A stretch of 64,000 nucleotides of DNA, taken from the IMG/VR virus record IMGVR_UViG_3300005530_000876. One strand, given 5' to 3'. The stretch's first letter is position 1, and every line of letters begins with the position of its first letter. Position numbers and translations under genes: made by a program. The notes under the pieces are model-generated. The model did not search any database. It saw nothing but the letters and a program-made list of their open reading frames with translations, and was not told where the DNA came from. Shown here one piece after another: positions 30,799-38,870 of the stretch. The stretch comes from a virus. Lineage: Duplodnaviria > Heunggongvirae > Uroviricota > Caudoviricetes.

Positions 30799-30943
30799 TT
30801 TTTAATTTTAGAATAAAAGTAATTAAATAAATTACTTTTTGCGCATTTATTAAAAAAAATAAATTATTTTAGCTGTCTAAACGTTCCGATTCGGAATTGT
30901 TTCCATTTCACCCATCGGCTAACTCCTGGTGGGTTTTTTTATT

Positions 30944-32434
30944 TTATGAGTTGAAATCCAGATCATCCAGCATACTATTACCAGGTCCGCCAACCTTTAT
31001 GCCTCCTCGGAAAATTCGTTGTATAGCTTGTGCGAGTGCATCAGCAATATCCTTATGGGATCCTTTTGGGAAATTTAATATTCCCTGGCGGCTATCGTTA
31101 TACAGGAAATCAGCGACACTTTTGCGGATGTAACACATGCCGGCTTCTGGATAGGGCGTTGAAAAGCGTGCCCGGGCAACTTTGTCGCCACCGCTTACTT
31201 CTACCTCAATTGCTGGTATGCCATTTTTTACAAGAGTTTGCTTTGCAGATTTTCCGGAAGCTTTGGCTTCAATATAGTGCGGAGACTTTCTTGTTTTCAT
31301 GAACTTGATTAACTCCGGAAATTCAAGATAAACAGCCCCTACATCATCAATGAACATTTTATTGTTCAACCGGCCGGCTGTAATGTAAGCGCTCGCGGCA
31401 TTTGCATCATCATCGGTATATGCCAAATCCCAGTCAGTCCCCACTAATGACAAAGATTTTAACGGAGGGAATAGCGCATCATCAATTTCAATAAACCATT
31501 TTTTCCAGATCAACCCACCTTCCTGGACTGGCCTCTGTTGTATCTGTCCGGCATAACCAGCACTACCAAGGGAAATATGAAGCGCTTTCAATGAACTTGC
31601 TTTTAACCGGTGTTGATCAAGCAATCCATCAGTATAAAATTTCTTATATTTTTCGGGCTTTACGTCATTAGATAATTCTCCTGGTAAACAGACGTGGTTT
31701 ATTGTTTTGTCTTTTTCTAAAAGATGGCCAGTAGGATCATTTGTTGTCAAACGCTGCATGATCAAATAAGTAGGAGTAACCTCTTTATCTACCTTCCTGG
31801 TTGGTAAGGTAAGATCAAAAAATGCGTTTGCGGTTTCAATCTGCGCCTGTGATACAGCCTGCTTTGGATTTAGCGGATCATCAATCTTTAGTATATCCGC
31901 GTGTTTCGAGGTCAGCGTACCTCCAACCGTAAAGGCGTAAAAATGGCCGTTCGAAACTGTTTTGAATTCGTGTTTGGTGTCAAAGTCCTTTCTGATCTGT
32001 ACGTTCGGAAATGTTTCCAGGTATTTTTCAGACTTCATCAAAAGCCTGATATTATCTGCAATGGCTATTACTGCACTATCTGAATACGATCCTACAAATA
32101 CTCTTATCTCCGGCATCATGGAAAACTCCCAGGCCGTGGACATTATTGAAAGGATGATTGTTTTTGTTGCGCCTGGCGGCACATTAAAGATGGAATCATA
32201 AAGCTTCGGTAATCGTTTGAAAACCCTGCTATCAGATTCTTGAATCTCATCGCAAAGCACATCCATGTGCCAGTTCCATTTCAGTTCATTCGGAACGATG
32301 ATATCCCAAAATTCTTTTACGAAGTTCTTCAGGTCCTTGCACCTTTTGCGGCGTCGTTTAATTAATTCCTCTTTGGCTGCATTATAAATTGCCTGTCTGT
32401 GGGATTGTAGTAGTGTCGTTGCCTGCTCATTCAT
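30944..32434 (-). CDS. terL: Terminase large subunit
   Basis: 496 aa with an N-terminal ATPase region (VPPGATKT deviant Walker A; ADILKIDD Walker B-like) and a C-terminal RNaseH-like nuclease motif (VGTDWDLAYTDDDANAASAYITAG). Start-overlaps terS. Confidence 0.65.
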   Translation of the reverse strand: MNEQATTLLQSHRQAIYNAAKEELIKRRRKRCKDLKNFVKEFWDIIVPNELKWNWHMDVLCDEIQESDSRVFKRLPKLYDSIFNVPPGATKTIILSIMSTAWEFSMMPEIRVFVGSYSDSAVIAIADNIRLLMKSEKYLETFPNVQIRKDFDTKHEFKTVSNGHFYAFTVGGTLTSKHADILKIDDPLNPKQAVSQAQIETANAFFDLTLPTRKVDKEVTPTYLIMQRLTTNDPTGHLLEKDKTINHVCLPGELSNDVKPEKYKKFYTDGLLDQHRLKASSLKALHISLGSAGYAGQIQQRPVQEGGLIWKKWFIEIDDALFPPLKSLSLVGTDWDLAYTDDDANAASAYITAGRLNNKMFIDDVGAVYLEFPELIKFMKTRKSPHYIEAKASGKSAKQTLVKNGIPAIEVEVSGGDKVARARFSTPYPEAGMCYIRKSVADFLYNDSRQGILNFPKGSHKDIADALAQAIQRIFRGGIKVGGPGNSMLDDLDFNS

Positions 32435-32945
32435 TGCTGGAATTATCGAATACTTTCAATATTGTTTCCAAGGATTTCTCATCCAGGCCTGACAGGTCAA
32501 TCTGAAGATCACTTTTAATCGGAATAGGTTTGCCATCTTCTCCGCCAACTTCATGCGAATGCCGGTCCTTCCATTCTGATTTCTTCCGGTTCTTCAACCA
32601 AAATGCCTGTGCACCAACCTCACCAGGTACATGTTTTTTGACAGTCTTTATTTTTGAAGGTCTTGGCTGTCCTTGAGCATCCAGCTCAACTTCCGTTATT
32701 TTCTCTTCGTAATCATATCCAAGCGCTCTTTTCAGCAAAGCATTCTCGACTTCAATATCAACAGGCTTTCTTCCTCTTTTAATAGCGTCTGAAAATTCTG
32801 GAAATTGCTTCATATATTCATAAAAACTTGCTTTCTTAATTCCAAGATTTTTTGCTATCTGTATGTCATTCAATCCATTACGTGCATATCCTTCAGCAAG
32901 CAGCGGAAAATTAAGCGGATCGTATAAAGTTTTTCTTCCAGCCAT
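32427..32945 (-). CDS. terS: Terminase small subunit
   Basis: 172 aa with an N-terminal HTH-like region and a VENALLKRALGYDYEE block typical of Terminase_2-type small subunits. Immediately upstream of terL. Confidence 0.6.
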   Translation of the reverse strand: MAGRKTLYDPLNFPLLAEGYARNGLNDIQIAKNLGIKKASFYEYMKQFPEFSDAIKRGRKPVDIEVENALLKRALGYDYEEKITEVELDAQGQPRPSKIKTVKKHVPGEVGAQAFWLKNRKKSEWKDRHSHEVGGEDGKPIPIKSDLQIDLSGLDEKSLETILKVFDNSSNE

Positions 32946-32948
32946 TGG

Positions 32949-33614
32949 TTATTTTATGATAAGCGTTTGGTATTCTTCAACGATATCCAGGAACTTTCTG
33001 AATGCTCTTCCAGGTGTTTTAAAGCCTTTTCTGAAAGCAAGAGTTAATAAATCTTTCAATTTTTCATAATCCGGATGTTCTATTAACCATTTCTCACTAT
33101 CCGATTTGTCGAAAAACTCAATCATGTCTTGTAAGGCTTGACGGCTCTCTGTGAGTAAACAAACTTGTAAGTAAGAAAAATCCGGAACAGAATAATCCGT
33201 GTTTTTTGCTTCCTGCAGACGCGTTTCGATATCCTTGAAATCTACTAAACGTAAATCCACTTCGTTTAATTGTTTCTGAAGCTCTGCAATTATTTCTTCG
33301 TTTGGATTTCCATGGATATCATTATGTGCAAGCTGAAGACGGATTCTTGTTGATTCAGGAACTTGCGGAATGATCATGCAATCTGCACCAAGCAATCCAG
33401 CTTTGATTCCGGCCTTAATTCTATGATGTCCGGAGATACACATTTTTTTTGATTTCCCTTCCTGGTCCATCAGTAAAGGTGTGGAAGTAAGGCAACCGTC
33501 TTCTTTGATATTTTTTACCAATCGGTTAAAATCTTCCATACTCATTTCTTGAGCGTTCAGCGGGCTTTCTTCAATGTCCCGGAAAAACACGTATTCGCAT
33601 CTTACCTGTATCAT
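32949..33614 (-). CDS. ParB-like nuclease domain protein
   Basis: 221 aa. ISGHHRIKAGIKAGL matches the ParB/Srx catalytic core (DGhhR). It lies adjacent to terS, a common arrangement. Confidence 0.5.
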   Translation of the reverse strand: MIQVRCEYVFFRDIEESPLNAQEMSMEDFNRLVKNIKEDGCLTSTPLLMDQEGKSKKMCISGHHRIKAGIKAGLLGADCMIIPQVPESTRIRLQLAHNDIHGNPNEEIIAELQKQLNEVDLRLVDFKDIETRLQEAKNTDYSVPDFSYLQVCLLTESRQALQDMIEFFDKSDSEKWLIEHPDYEKLKDLLTLAFRKGFKTPGRAFRKFLDIVEEYQTLIIK

Positions 33615-34171
33615 TTGATTTTATGGTTTTGCATCCAGAGCGCTTTTGCTGCTTTCAACGATGGAACGGTTCCGAGTTCAAAAATGTAACCGAGATTATA
33701 ACCGCCTCCTTCAATTGCCAGCTTTTTTACTTGCTTGCCATGTTTGCGATAGCGGTTAATTTGGTCGTGTCTGGAGAATGCAAGGGAATAAGCAGTTTTT
33801 ATTTCTCTGCAGAACTTTTTTTCGAGTATTGATTTTACTTCTTTTGTCCGCATAACATAAAGTAAAAGATCTGTGGAATATTCAAGCTCTGAAGGTGTTG
33901 TATCTGCCTTCATGAAAAGATCAAAATTTCCATATTCCGGATTACTAAAACCAAGTACACCAAAGAGTTCTTTTTGTTGCAGACCTACATAAATATTGCA
34001 CCCTCCGGGAACAATAAAGCCCTTGATATGTCTTTTACGAAATGCAAGGGCTATTGAAGGTTTTAGATTAGGTAAAATCTTGAGCGGTGTTGTGGGTTCG
34101 AACCACTCTTCAACCCTGGAAGGGCCGTGTGCTACCGCTACACTACCACCGCTTTTGACTGAATAGATCAT
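33611..34171 (-). CDS. Hypothetical protein; the annotated N-terminus overlaps a tRNA-like element
   Basis: 186-aa ORF. The first ~30 codons (SGGSVAVAHGPSRVEEWFEPTT) translate a tRNA-like sequence, so the true start may be downstream or non-canonical. Confidence 0.35.
   Translation of the reverse strand: MIYSVKSGGSVAVAHGPSRVEEWFEPTTPLKILPNLKPSIALAFRKRHIKGFIVPGGCNIYVGLQQKELFGVLGFSNPEYGNFDLFMKADTTPSELEYSTDLLLYVMRTKEVKSILEKKFCREIKTAYSLAFSRHDQINRYRKHGKQVKKLAIEGGGYNLGYIFELGTVPSLKAAKALWMQNHKIK
34082..34151 (-). tRNA. Degenerate tRNA-like element (Gly-TCC-like), possibly a pseudo-tRNA
   Basis: The reverse complement reads GCGGTGG-TA-GTGT-AGCGGTA-GCAC-A-CGGCC-CTTCCAG-GGTTG-AAG-AGTGG-TTCGAAC-CCACA-ACACCGC-T. 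The D-arm and the T-loop (TTCGAAC) are tRNA-like, but the variable loop is 3 nt and there are acceptor (G7-A66) and T-stem (A49-A65) mismatches. Confidence 0.3.
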
Positions 34172-34176
34172 TAAAA

Positions 34177-34683
34177 TTAAAAAAATCCTGTTTCAATTTG
34201 TTTTTTAAGGATTATTTGTTTAGCAAATGTATGATTCCAATTGAAACCAACAAGACTTTTAAAAATTTTTTTTAAATTTTCATATTCTCTGTAAGCAGGG
34301 AAATAACTTTTGCCGTGATCATATTCAATCATAAACTGCGCAAGTTCCTCCGGAATGATATCCATTTCATAGTGTGCCGAGATGAATAAAGCCTGAGTGT
34401 CAAGAGGCATTCCTTTTTGACTGTCTATCCACACAAGCCTTAACGCTCCACTCGCTGATTTGCGGTCACCAAATCTGCAAAAAGATTTCCAGGTTGTTTT
34501 TGCGATTTCTCTTGCGATGATTCCTTCTCTTGAAAAATCATCTTCCATCAAAAAACCTTTTTCGATGATCTCTTCAGCAACCTGGATCACTTCAGCTTTA
34601 TCACTTTTTTCAAAAAGATCTATCCTCCAGTTCCAGAATTGTTCGAGGCTCGACCGGCGTTGCGCAAATTTATTTTGTGCCAT
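34177..34683 (-). CDS. Hypothetical protein
   Basis: 168-aa ORF. Confidence 0.4.
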   Translation of the reverse strand: MAQNKFAQRRSSLEQFWNWRIDLFEKSDKAEVIQVAEEIIEKGFLMEDDFSREGIIAREIAKTTWKSFCRFGDRKSASGALRLVWIDSQKGMPLDTQALFISAHYEMDIIPEELAQFMIEYDHGKSYFPAYREYENLKKIFKSLVGFNWNHTFAKQIILKKQIETGFF

Positions 34684-34685
34684 AA

Positions 34686-35054
34686 TTAAAACAGGTTGTT
34701 TTCCATTTTTCCAAGTTCCTTGATTTCAATACCAAGGCTTTTTGTAAGCCAGTCTGCTACCAGGTGCCGGTGACAGAATTCACCTACTTTTTCATAGCAG
34801 AGCAAAACGATATCTTTCCCTCCGGAAAGCTTTTCCAACCTCTCCAATATTTCTGCCGGAGAGAGTTTGTCCAGGATTTTATCGAATAAAGGAGTATACT
34901 CTTTTTCCGTCATGTGGAGCATGTCTGGTGTGGGTGCCAGGTCCATTATTTTAGGTCCTGAGAACCAGCGGTTAAATCTTGCGATTGATACCGGCTGCAT
35001 TCCAGCTGCCCGGTATTTTTTTTCGTTTCCGAAATTGCCTGTGTAAATTTTCAT
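34686..35054 (-). CDS. DUF488-like protein
   Basis: 122 aa with N-terminus MKIYTGNFGN and the C-terminal LLCYEKVGEFCHRHLVADWL block characteristic of DUF488 (L.C.E....CHR). Confidence 0.45.
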   Translation of the reverse strand: MKIYTGNFGNEKKYRAAGMQPVSIARFNRWFSGPKIMDLAPTPDMLHMTEKEYTPLFDKILDKLSPAEILERLEKLSGGKDIVLLCYEKVGEFCHRHLVADWLTKSLGIEIKELGKMENNLF

Positions 35055-35100
35055 TTGTTTTTTGTTTTAAATGATGATTGATTGATTGATTGAATTATGT

Positions 35101-35292
35101 TTAACCCATTACGTATATTAATTTAACAACTTCTTTATTAGTAAAAGTTTTTGTTATGCCAGGTGAGAAATCTAAAAATGTCTCTAAACTATTAAGGGTT
35201 AAATTATAATAGTGAACGCCGCCCCTTGCATAAGATAAATTTACAATTGCCAATGATGAAGAACCGTCTGCAAAATCTACTATTGCTTTCAT
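35101..35292 (-). CDS. Hypothetical small protein
   Basis: 63-aa ORF preceded by the AAAACAAAAAACA leader shared with the neighbouring gene. Confidence 0.3.
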   Translation of the reverse strand: MKAIVDFADGSSSLAIVNLSYARGGVHYYNLTLNSLETFLDFSPGITKTFTNKEVVKLIYVMG

Positions 35293-35330
35293 GTGTTTTT
35301 TGTTTTGAGTTTGATAAAAGATTTTGTTTT

Positions 35331-35669
35331 TTATGATCCAAGGCGTTCATGAAGAAAGCTTTCCAGTTCTTCGAAAAATTCGCCATCCCACTCACGGCCT
35401 TTGTTTAATGATTCAAATTCATCTGTGAGCTGCTCAGCTAATTTGTAGAAGCCACCGGTACCTTGCGTCTGATTTATTTCTTTGATTTTTGAATTGGTGC
35501 CTGATTCCCGGAGCCCGGCAATTTCACTCACTACTTCAAAGTGTGTTTCATTCCAGGAGGTGAAGCCGTTCGGGAATCTTTTATGTTCCTGCTTGCCTGG
35601 AATTGAATAAATTTCTGACATCAATTTATTCAAATTGATTATTCCTTCCTTTGTTAATATCTGATCCAT
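35331..35669 (-). CDS. Hypothetical protein
   Basis: 112-aa ORF whose start codon is abutted by the conserved CTAAAATTTAATCTCA leader. Confidence 0.4.
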   Translation of the reverse strand: MDQILTKEGIINLNKLMSEIYSIPGKQEHKRFPNGFTSWNETHFEVVSEIAGLRESGTNSKIKEINQTQGTGGFYKLAEQLTDEFESLNKGREWDGEFFEELESFLHERLGS

Positions 35670-35670
35670 T

Positions 35671-35686
35671 TGAGATTAAATTTTAG
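35671..35686 (-). promoter_or_regulatory. Conserved leader motif CTAAAATTTAATCTCA abutting the ATG (copy 1)
   Basis: Identical or near-identical 14-16-mers occur at 36705..36718, 36865..36879, 37218..37233 (orphan), 38854..38869 and, as a variant, at 60191..60206. All are 0-17 nt upstream of minus-strand start codons. Confidence 0.5.
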
Positions 35687-35779
35687 TATTAGAAAATAAG
35701 ATAAAAGCCCGGCCGCGGTTCCGTCATGCGTGAATTGAATCGTGCGACGGCCTAAGCCGTTTCGCTTATTTAAAGCTCA

Positions 35780-35962
35780 TCAGTTAATCTGTTCTACATT
35801 TTGCCACTGTGCCCAATTCATTAAAATCAATGTAAATCCCGCGCCCTTGAAGTATGTCCACGAGCAACAAGTTGCAAATTTTTCCATAACAGTCCCCGCC
35901 GGGATAACCCTTTGTCCGTCCGTAATGCACGATCTCATGTTTTGCAATGTTTTAATTTTCAT
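35780..35962 (-). CDS. Possible small ORF in an otherwise non-coding GC-rich interval
   Basis: 60-aa ORF followed by a GC-rich hairpin-prone element; uncertain. Confidence 0.2.
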   Translation of the reverse strand: MKIKTLQNMRSCITDGQRVIPAGTVMEKFATCCSWTYFKGAGFTLILMNWAQWQNVEQIN

Positions 35963-36156
35963 TGTAGTATGTTTTAATTGTTATTTATTATAAGCTGGCT
36001 AATTCTTTTTCAAGATTGGCAATTGTTTCAAAATTTAAATGCCAGATAGAAGTGATATAAAATTCACCATTGAAGAAAAACGCCTCTGTGATCTTATAAT
36101 CTTTTACTAATTTTTGATCACTGATTTTGCTTACTAAGTTTTTAATTGTGATATAT

Positions 36157-36699
36157 TTATTTGTACAATTCAGGTTTTTCTATTCTCATTTCCCAATCTT
36201 GACGCACCCAGTTAAAATCAGGGCGTGAGAAAGCGCCGTGTATCTGTTCCCACTTTTTTACATAAGCTGTTTCATATTCTTCATAAGAATTAAACATCAC
36301 ATTACCTGTCTTTAAAAGATTTCTTTTGATTTTCAGTGCATCCCATTCGCCTAAAAGTTTTTCTATTTCTTTTTCCTGGCCGTTGGGATTGTTACCGAAA
36401 CTGGTTTCCTTGCTGTACTGCATGTTGATCTTTTCAATTTCGATCATGCGAGCGGTAATTTTTTTTAAGTCTATTTCTTCAATTGAAATAATTTCAATCT
36501 GGTCTGGATAGGTATCCAGCTCCATAGCGTAAAACTCTTTGCAAGTTTTAATTGCATTTTCTACACTGGTGTCGGTGAATGTACCGGTGAATTCGCCGAA
36601 GCTTAAAGTATCATCAGCGTCTTTTATTTTAATTCGGAATGTTTTTGCTGGTCCTTCTAATTGTTTTTCTGTGGAAGGAATGAGAATTTTTGATGTCAT
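36157..36699 (-). CDS. Hypothetical protein
   Basis: 180-aa ORF with the conserved leader motif 6 nt upstream of the ATG. Confidence 0.4.
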   Translation of the reverse strand: MTSKILIPSTEKQLEGPAKTFRIKIKDADDTLSFGEFTGTFTDTSVENAIKTCKEFYAMELDTYPDQIEIISIEEIDLKKITARMIEIEKINMQYSKETSFGNNPNGQEKEIEKLLGEWDALKIKRNLLKTGNVMFNSYEEYETAYVKKWEQIHGAFSRPDFNWVRQDWEMRIEKPELYK

Positions 36700-36704
36700 T
36701 TTTT

Positions 36705-36718
36705 TGAGATTAAATTTT
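36705..36718 (-). promoter_or_regulatory. Leader motif copy 2
   Basis: tgagattaaatttt lies 6 nt from the ATG of gene 36157..36699. Confidence 0.45.
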
Positions 36719-36732
36719 GCTGGTTTGAGTAT

Positions 36733-36864
36733 TTAAAAAAGGATATCTACAATTTGATCTTCCAGATCATATTTGCTTACAAAAGATCTTGCTGTTTCAA
36801 AATTTGAAAATCGGAAAGTGAGATGGCTTTTTTTGTTTGCCTTTAAGATGATTACCTGTACCAT
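36733..36864 (-). CDS. Small ORF (43 aa) with the conserved leader
   Basis: ATG at 36864..36862 directly abuts the leader motif. It is not in the supplied ORF track because it is under 60 aa. Confidence 0.25.
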   Translation of the reverse strand: MVQVIILKANKKSHLTFRFSNFETARSFVSKYDLEDQIVDILF

Positions 36865-36879
36865 GAGATTAAATTTTAT
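36865..36879 (-). promoter_or_regulatory. Leader motif copy 3
   Basis: Abuts the ATG of the 43-aa ORF. Confidence 0.45.
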
Positions 36880-36892
36880 AGTTGTTTTGCGT

Positions 36893-37063
36893 TTATTGTT
36901 GAGATCTTAAATACTTTTCAATTGATTCGATCAGTGTAAAGTGTAAATGATAATTTGAAGTGATGTAAAATTCATCATTGAAGAAAAATGCTTCAGTGAT
37001 GCCGAATTCTTTAATTGCTTTTTTAAATTCTTCTGGTAATTGGTTGATTAAATTTGTAGGCAT
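36893..37063 (-). CDS. Small ORF (56 aa), paralogous to a degenerate copy at ~35990-36150
   Basis: MPTNLINQLPEEFKKAIKEFGITEAFFFNDEFYITSNYHLHF. A second copy (...KDYKITEAFFFNGEFYITSIWHLNF) lies upstream without a canonical start codon. Confidence 0.3.
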   Translation of the reverse strand: MPTNLINQLPEEFKKAIKEFGITEAFFFNDEFYITSNYHLHFTLIESIEKYLRSQQ

Positions 37064-37079
37064 TTTTTCTGTTTTTTTT

Positions 37080-37166
37080 GATTAATTTGATAATGTAAAA
37101 CTATGAAATCTCTTAGAACTGCCAAGTTTTTAGTAAAATATTTTTTACTATTCTTGTTAAAGTTTT
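37080..37166. repeat. Direct repeat A (~86 nt) containing a promoter/5'UTR
   Basis: About 85% identical to 38871..38956 (tgatgtaaaa.ta...aatctctt.gaactgc.aa.t.tttagtaaa.tattttttactattcttgttaaagtttt). Confidence 0.7.
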
Positions 37167-37217
37167 CAACAGAAAAACATTTTGTTTTCTGCTTTTATAA
37201 TTAGGAATATATTTGCA

Positions 37218-37233
37218 ATGAGATTAAATTTTA
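37218..37233 (-). promoter_or_regulatory. Leader motif copy 4 (orphan; followed by ATT, not ATG)
   Basis: The motif is intact but the start codon is degenerate and no ORF follows. It lies between the terminator and repeat A. Confidence 0.4.
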
Positions 37234-37250
37234 GCTTAGGTTAAAATTTA

Positions 37251-37288
37251 AAGCCCCACATATTCATGTGAGGCTTTTTTATTTTTAT
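37251..37288 (-). terminator. Hairpin terminator after the RNase H/DUF932 operon
   Basis: AGCCCCACAT-attc-ATGTGAGGCT followed by a T-run on plus and a U-rich stretch on minus; it is functionally placed for the minus strand. Confidence 0.5.
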
Positions 37289-37331
37289 CCGGGTTGATCT
37301 TTATTGTTTTTCTTGTTTAATTTCAATGTTT

Positions 37332-37808
37332 TTAGCTGCTATTCGCAGTCCATTTTTTAGCCTCCCTATCACACCAATCATTTACCCAACTCCTTGCATC
37401 TTTAGTGCCATTGTGAGCTTTTACGTGCCGAAATTCATATTCAGGCATTACAATACCTTTCCATGCCATTTCTTGACGTACTTGTTTAAGTATTTTTGCC
37501 ACCGTCTTACCTACACCCTGCTTTTTTCTTCCTATTTGAGAAAACGACCATAAACAATCGCTATTTATTACAATCAGTTTAGCTGTTGGTAATTCTTTTT
37601 GACGAAGCAGTGCAGTTAAAGCATTAGCCATGCACATCATTTCGGCCTCTATTGGGCTTCGTGGCTGGCATTTGAACATTCCTCCTTTCTGTATTTTAAA
37701 CAAGTCGCAAACTACATAAAAAGCATAGCCGCCAACTTTTAATCCAGGATGAAAAGAAGCATCAGTATTTATGGTTATACAATTAACTTTCTTAGGTGAA
37801 TTTTCCAT
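37332..37808 (-). CDS. rnhA: Ribonuclease H (RNase HI family)
   Basis: 158 aa with INTDASFH...GGYAFYV (N-terminal D/E site) and VKAHNGTKDARSWVNDWCDREAKK (C-terminal H...N.E.CD motif). Confidence 0.7.
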   Translation of the reverse strand: MENSPKKVNCITINTDASFHPGLKVGGYAFYVVCDLFKIQKGGMFKCQPRSPIEAEMMCMANALTALLRQKELPTAKLIVINSDCLWSFSQIGRKKQGVGKTVAKILKQVRQEMAWKGIVMPEYEFRHVKAHNGTKDARSWVNDWCDREAKKWTANSS

Positions 37809-37877
37809 TAATTAAATAATTCTTTTTGATTTTTAAAAGAAAGGGGAACAGCTGGCCCCCTTATTGTTTTCAGATTT

Positions 37878-38852
37878 TTAGATTAATTCACAAGCCAAGG
37901 CGAAAGCGCTTTCAATTTTCTTTGCGCCGGATTTGAAATACAAATCCTTCATCTTTTCTTCCTGAGTTTTGTAATTTTTTAAATATCCATAGTAACCGGA
38001 TATTGCATTGTAAGCGCCCCACACGGTGTTTTTTCTGCCGTCAATGTTTTGGGTGCTGTGATCGTGTGCAAATTCTACAATGCTATCAACTTTATTACTG
38101 AATTCTTTGCTGAATTCTTTTTGCAGGGTTTCTTTGTTGATGGTTTCCTTTGCTGGCTTCATCACCTGTTCGATGTAAGAACGGAGCTGAAGATCTGTTA
38201 TTTTTACAGAAGCCATTTTGTTGAAAATTGGATTAAGTTCGGTAACATATTTGGAAGCAATTCCCATTATCCGGGCGGCTTCGATCAGTTTTTGTTTTGC
38301 GTTTGCAAGATGAGTAATAGAAACCCTATTTTGTAAGCCCCTCAAAGCAGCTTGTAAAGTGTTCTCACAAACTACAGCGATTGAGCTAAAGCCAACCTGG
38401 ATTGAAGATTTTCCATCATGGCCAGAAGTAAGTAAAAGCCAGTTTTCAACTTTTTCACCATGGACCAGGATGTCTTCAGGTAATTTTGCAGTGACGAAGA
38501 TCTTTTCTCCTTTTCCAAGGACGCCGGCAGTGTGGAAAATTGCTTCACCCTTGTCAACGATGGAATCAAAGAAACTGAAAGCTTCAGTGTTTTGAATGAT
38601 CTGGTAATCATTAGTAACAATTCCTAAAGCATCGCCGTTATCGTTTCTGACATTTGCGAAATATCCGGGAATTGCTTTGCCTCCTGCTACCTGAATTTTC
38701 TTTTTTGATACTCTGTAATCGAGGTTTCCGAGTTTAATTGCTTCTTCGGAAGTCATTGCCTTTTCAACGTAGGTGCCGAGGCCATGCCAGGCTTTTTCTC
38801 CTACTTTTACGAATGATGCGTTGCCGTCTTTGATTTCTAAATTGTGTGCCAT
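37878..38852 (-). CDS. DUF932 / phage-plasmid-like protein (TIGR03299-like)
   Basis: 324 aa. The N-terminal EKAWHGLG and overall size fit DUF932. The start codon abuts the conserved leader. Confidence 0.45.
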   Translation of the reverse strand: MAHNLEIKDGNASFVKVGEKAWHGLGTYVEKAMTSEEAIKLGNLDYRVSKKKIQVAGGKAIPGYFANVRNDNGDALGIVTNDYQIIQNTEAFSFFDSIVDKGEAIFHTAGVLGKGEKIFVTAKLPEDILVHGEKVENWLLLTSGHDGKSSIQVGFSSIAVVCENTLQAALRGLQNRVSITHLANAKQKLIEAARIMGIASKYVTELNPIFNKMASVKITDLQLRSYIEQVMKPAKETINKETLQKEFSKEFSNKVDSIVEFAHDHSTQNIDGRKNTVWGAYNAISGYYGYLKNYKTQEEKMKDLYFKSGAKKIESAFALACELI

Positions 38853-38853
38853 T

Positions 38854-38869
38854 TGAGATTAAATTTTAG
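38854..38869 (-). promoter_or_regulatory. Leader motif copy 5
   Basis: Abuts the ATG of the DUF932 gene. Confidence 0.45.
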
Positions 38870-38870
38870 T

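Noticed and set aside
34091-34107. Plus-strand tRNA reading of the GGTTCGAACC palindrome
   Set aside because: The T-loop palindrome reads on both strands, but only the minus-strand reading yields D-arm, anticodon arm and acceptor pairing.
35667-38869. Possible CRISPR-like array suggested by repeated tgagattaaatttt motifs
   Set aside because: Spacing is irregular (150-1600 nt), each copy abuts a start codon, and there are no uniform short spacers. This is a promoter/leader motif, not a CRISPR array. No cas genes are present.
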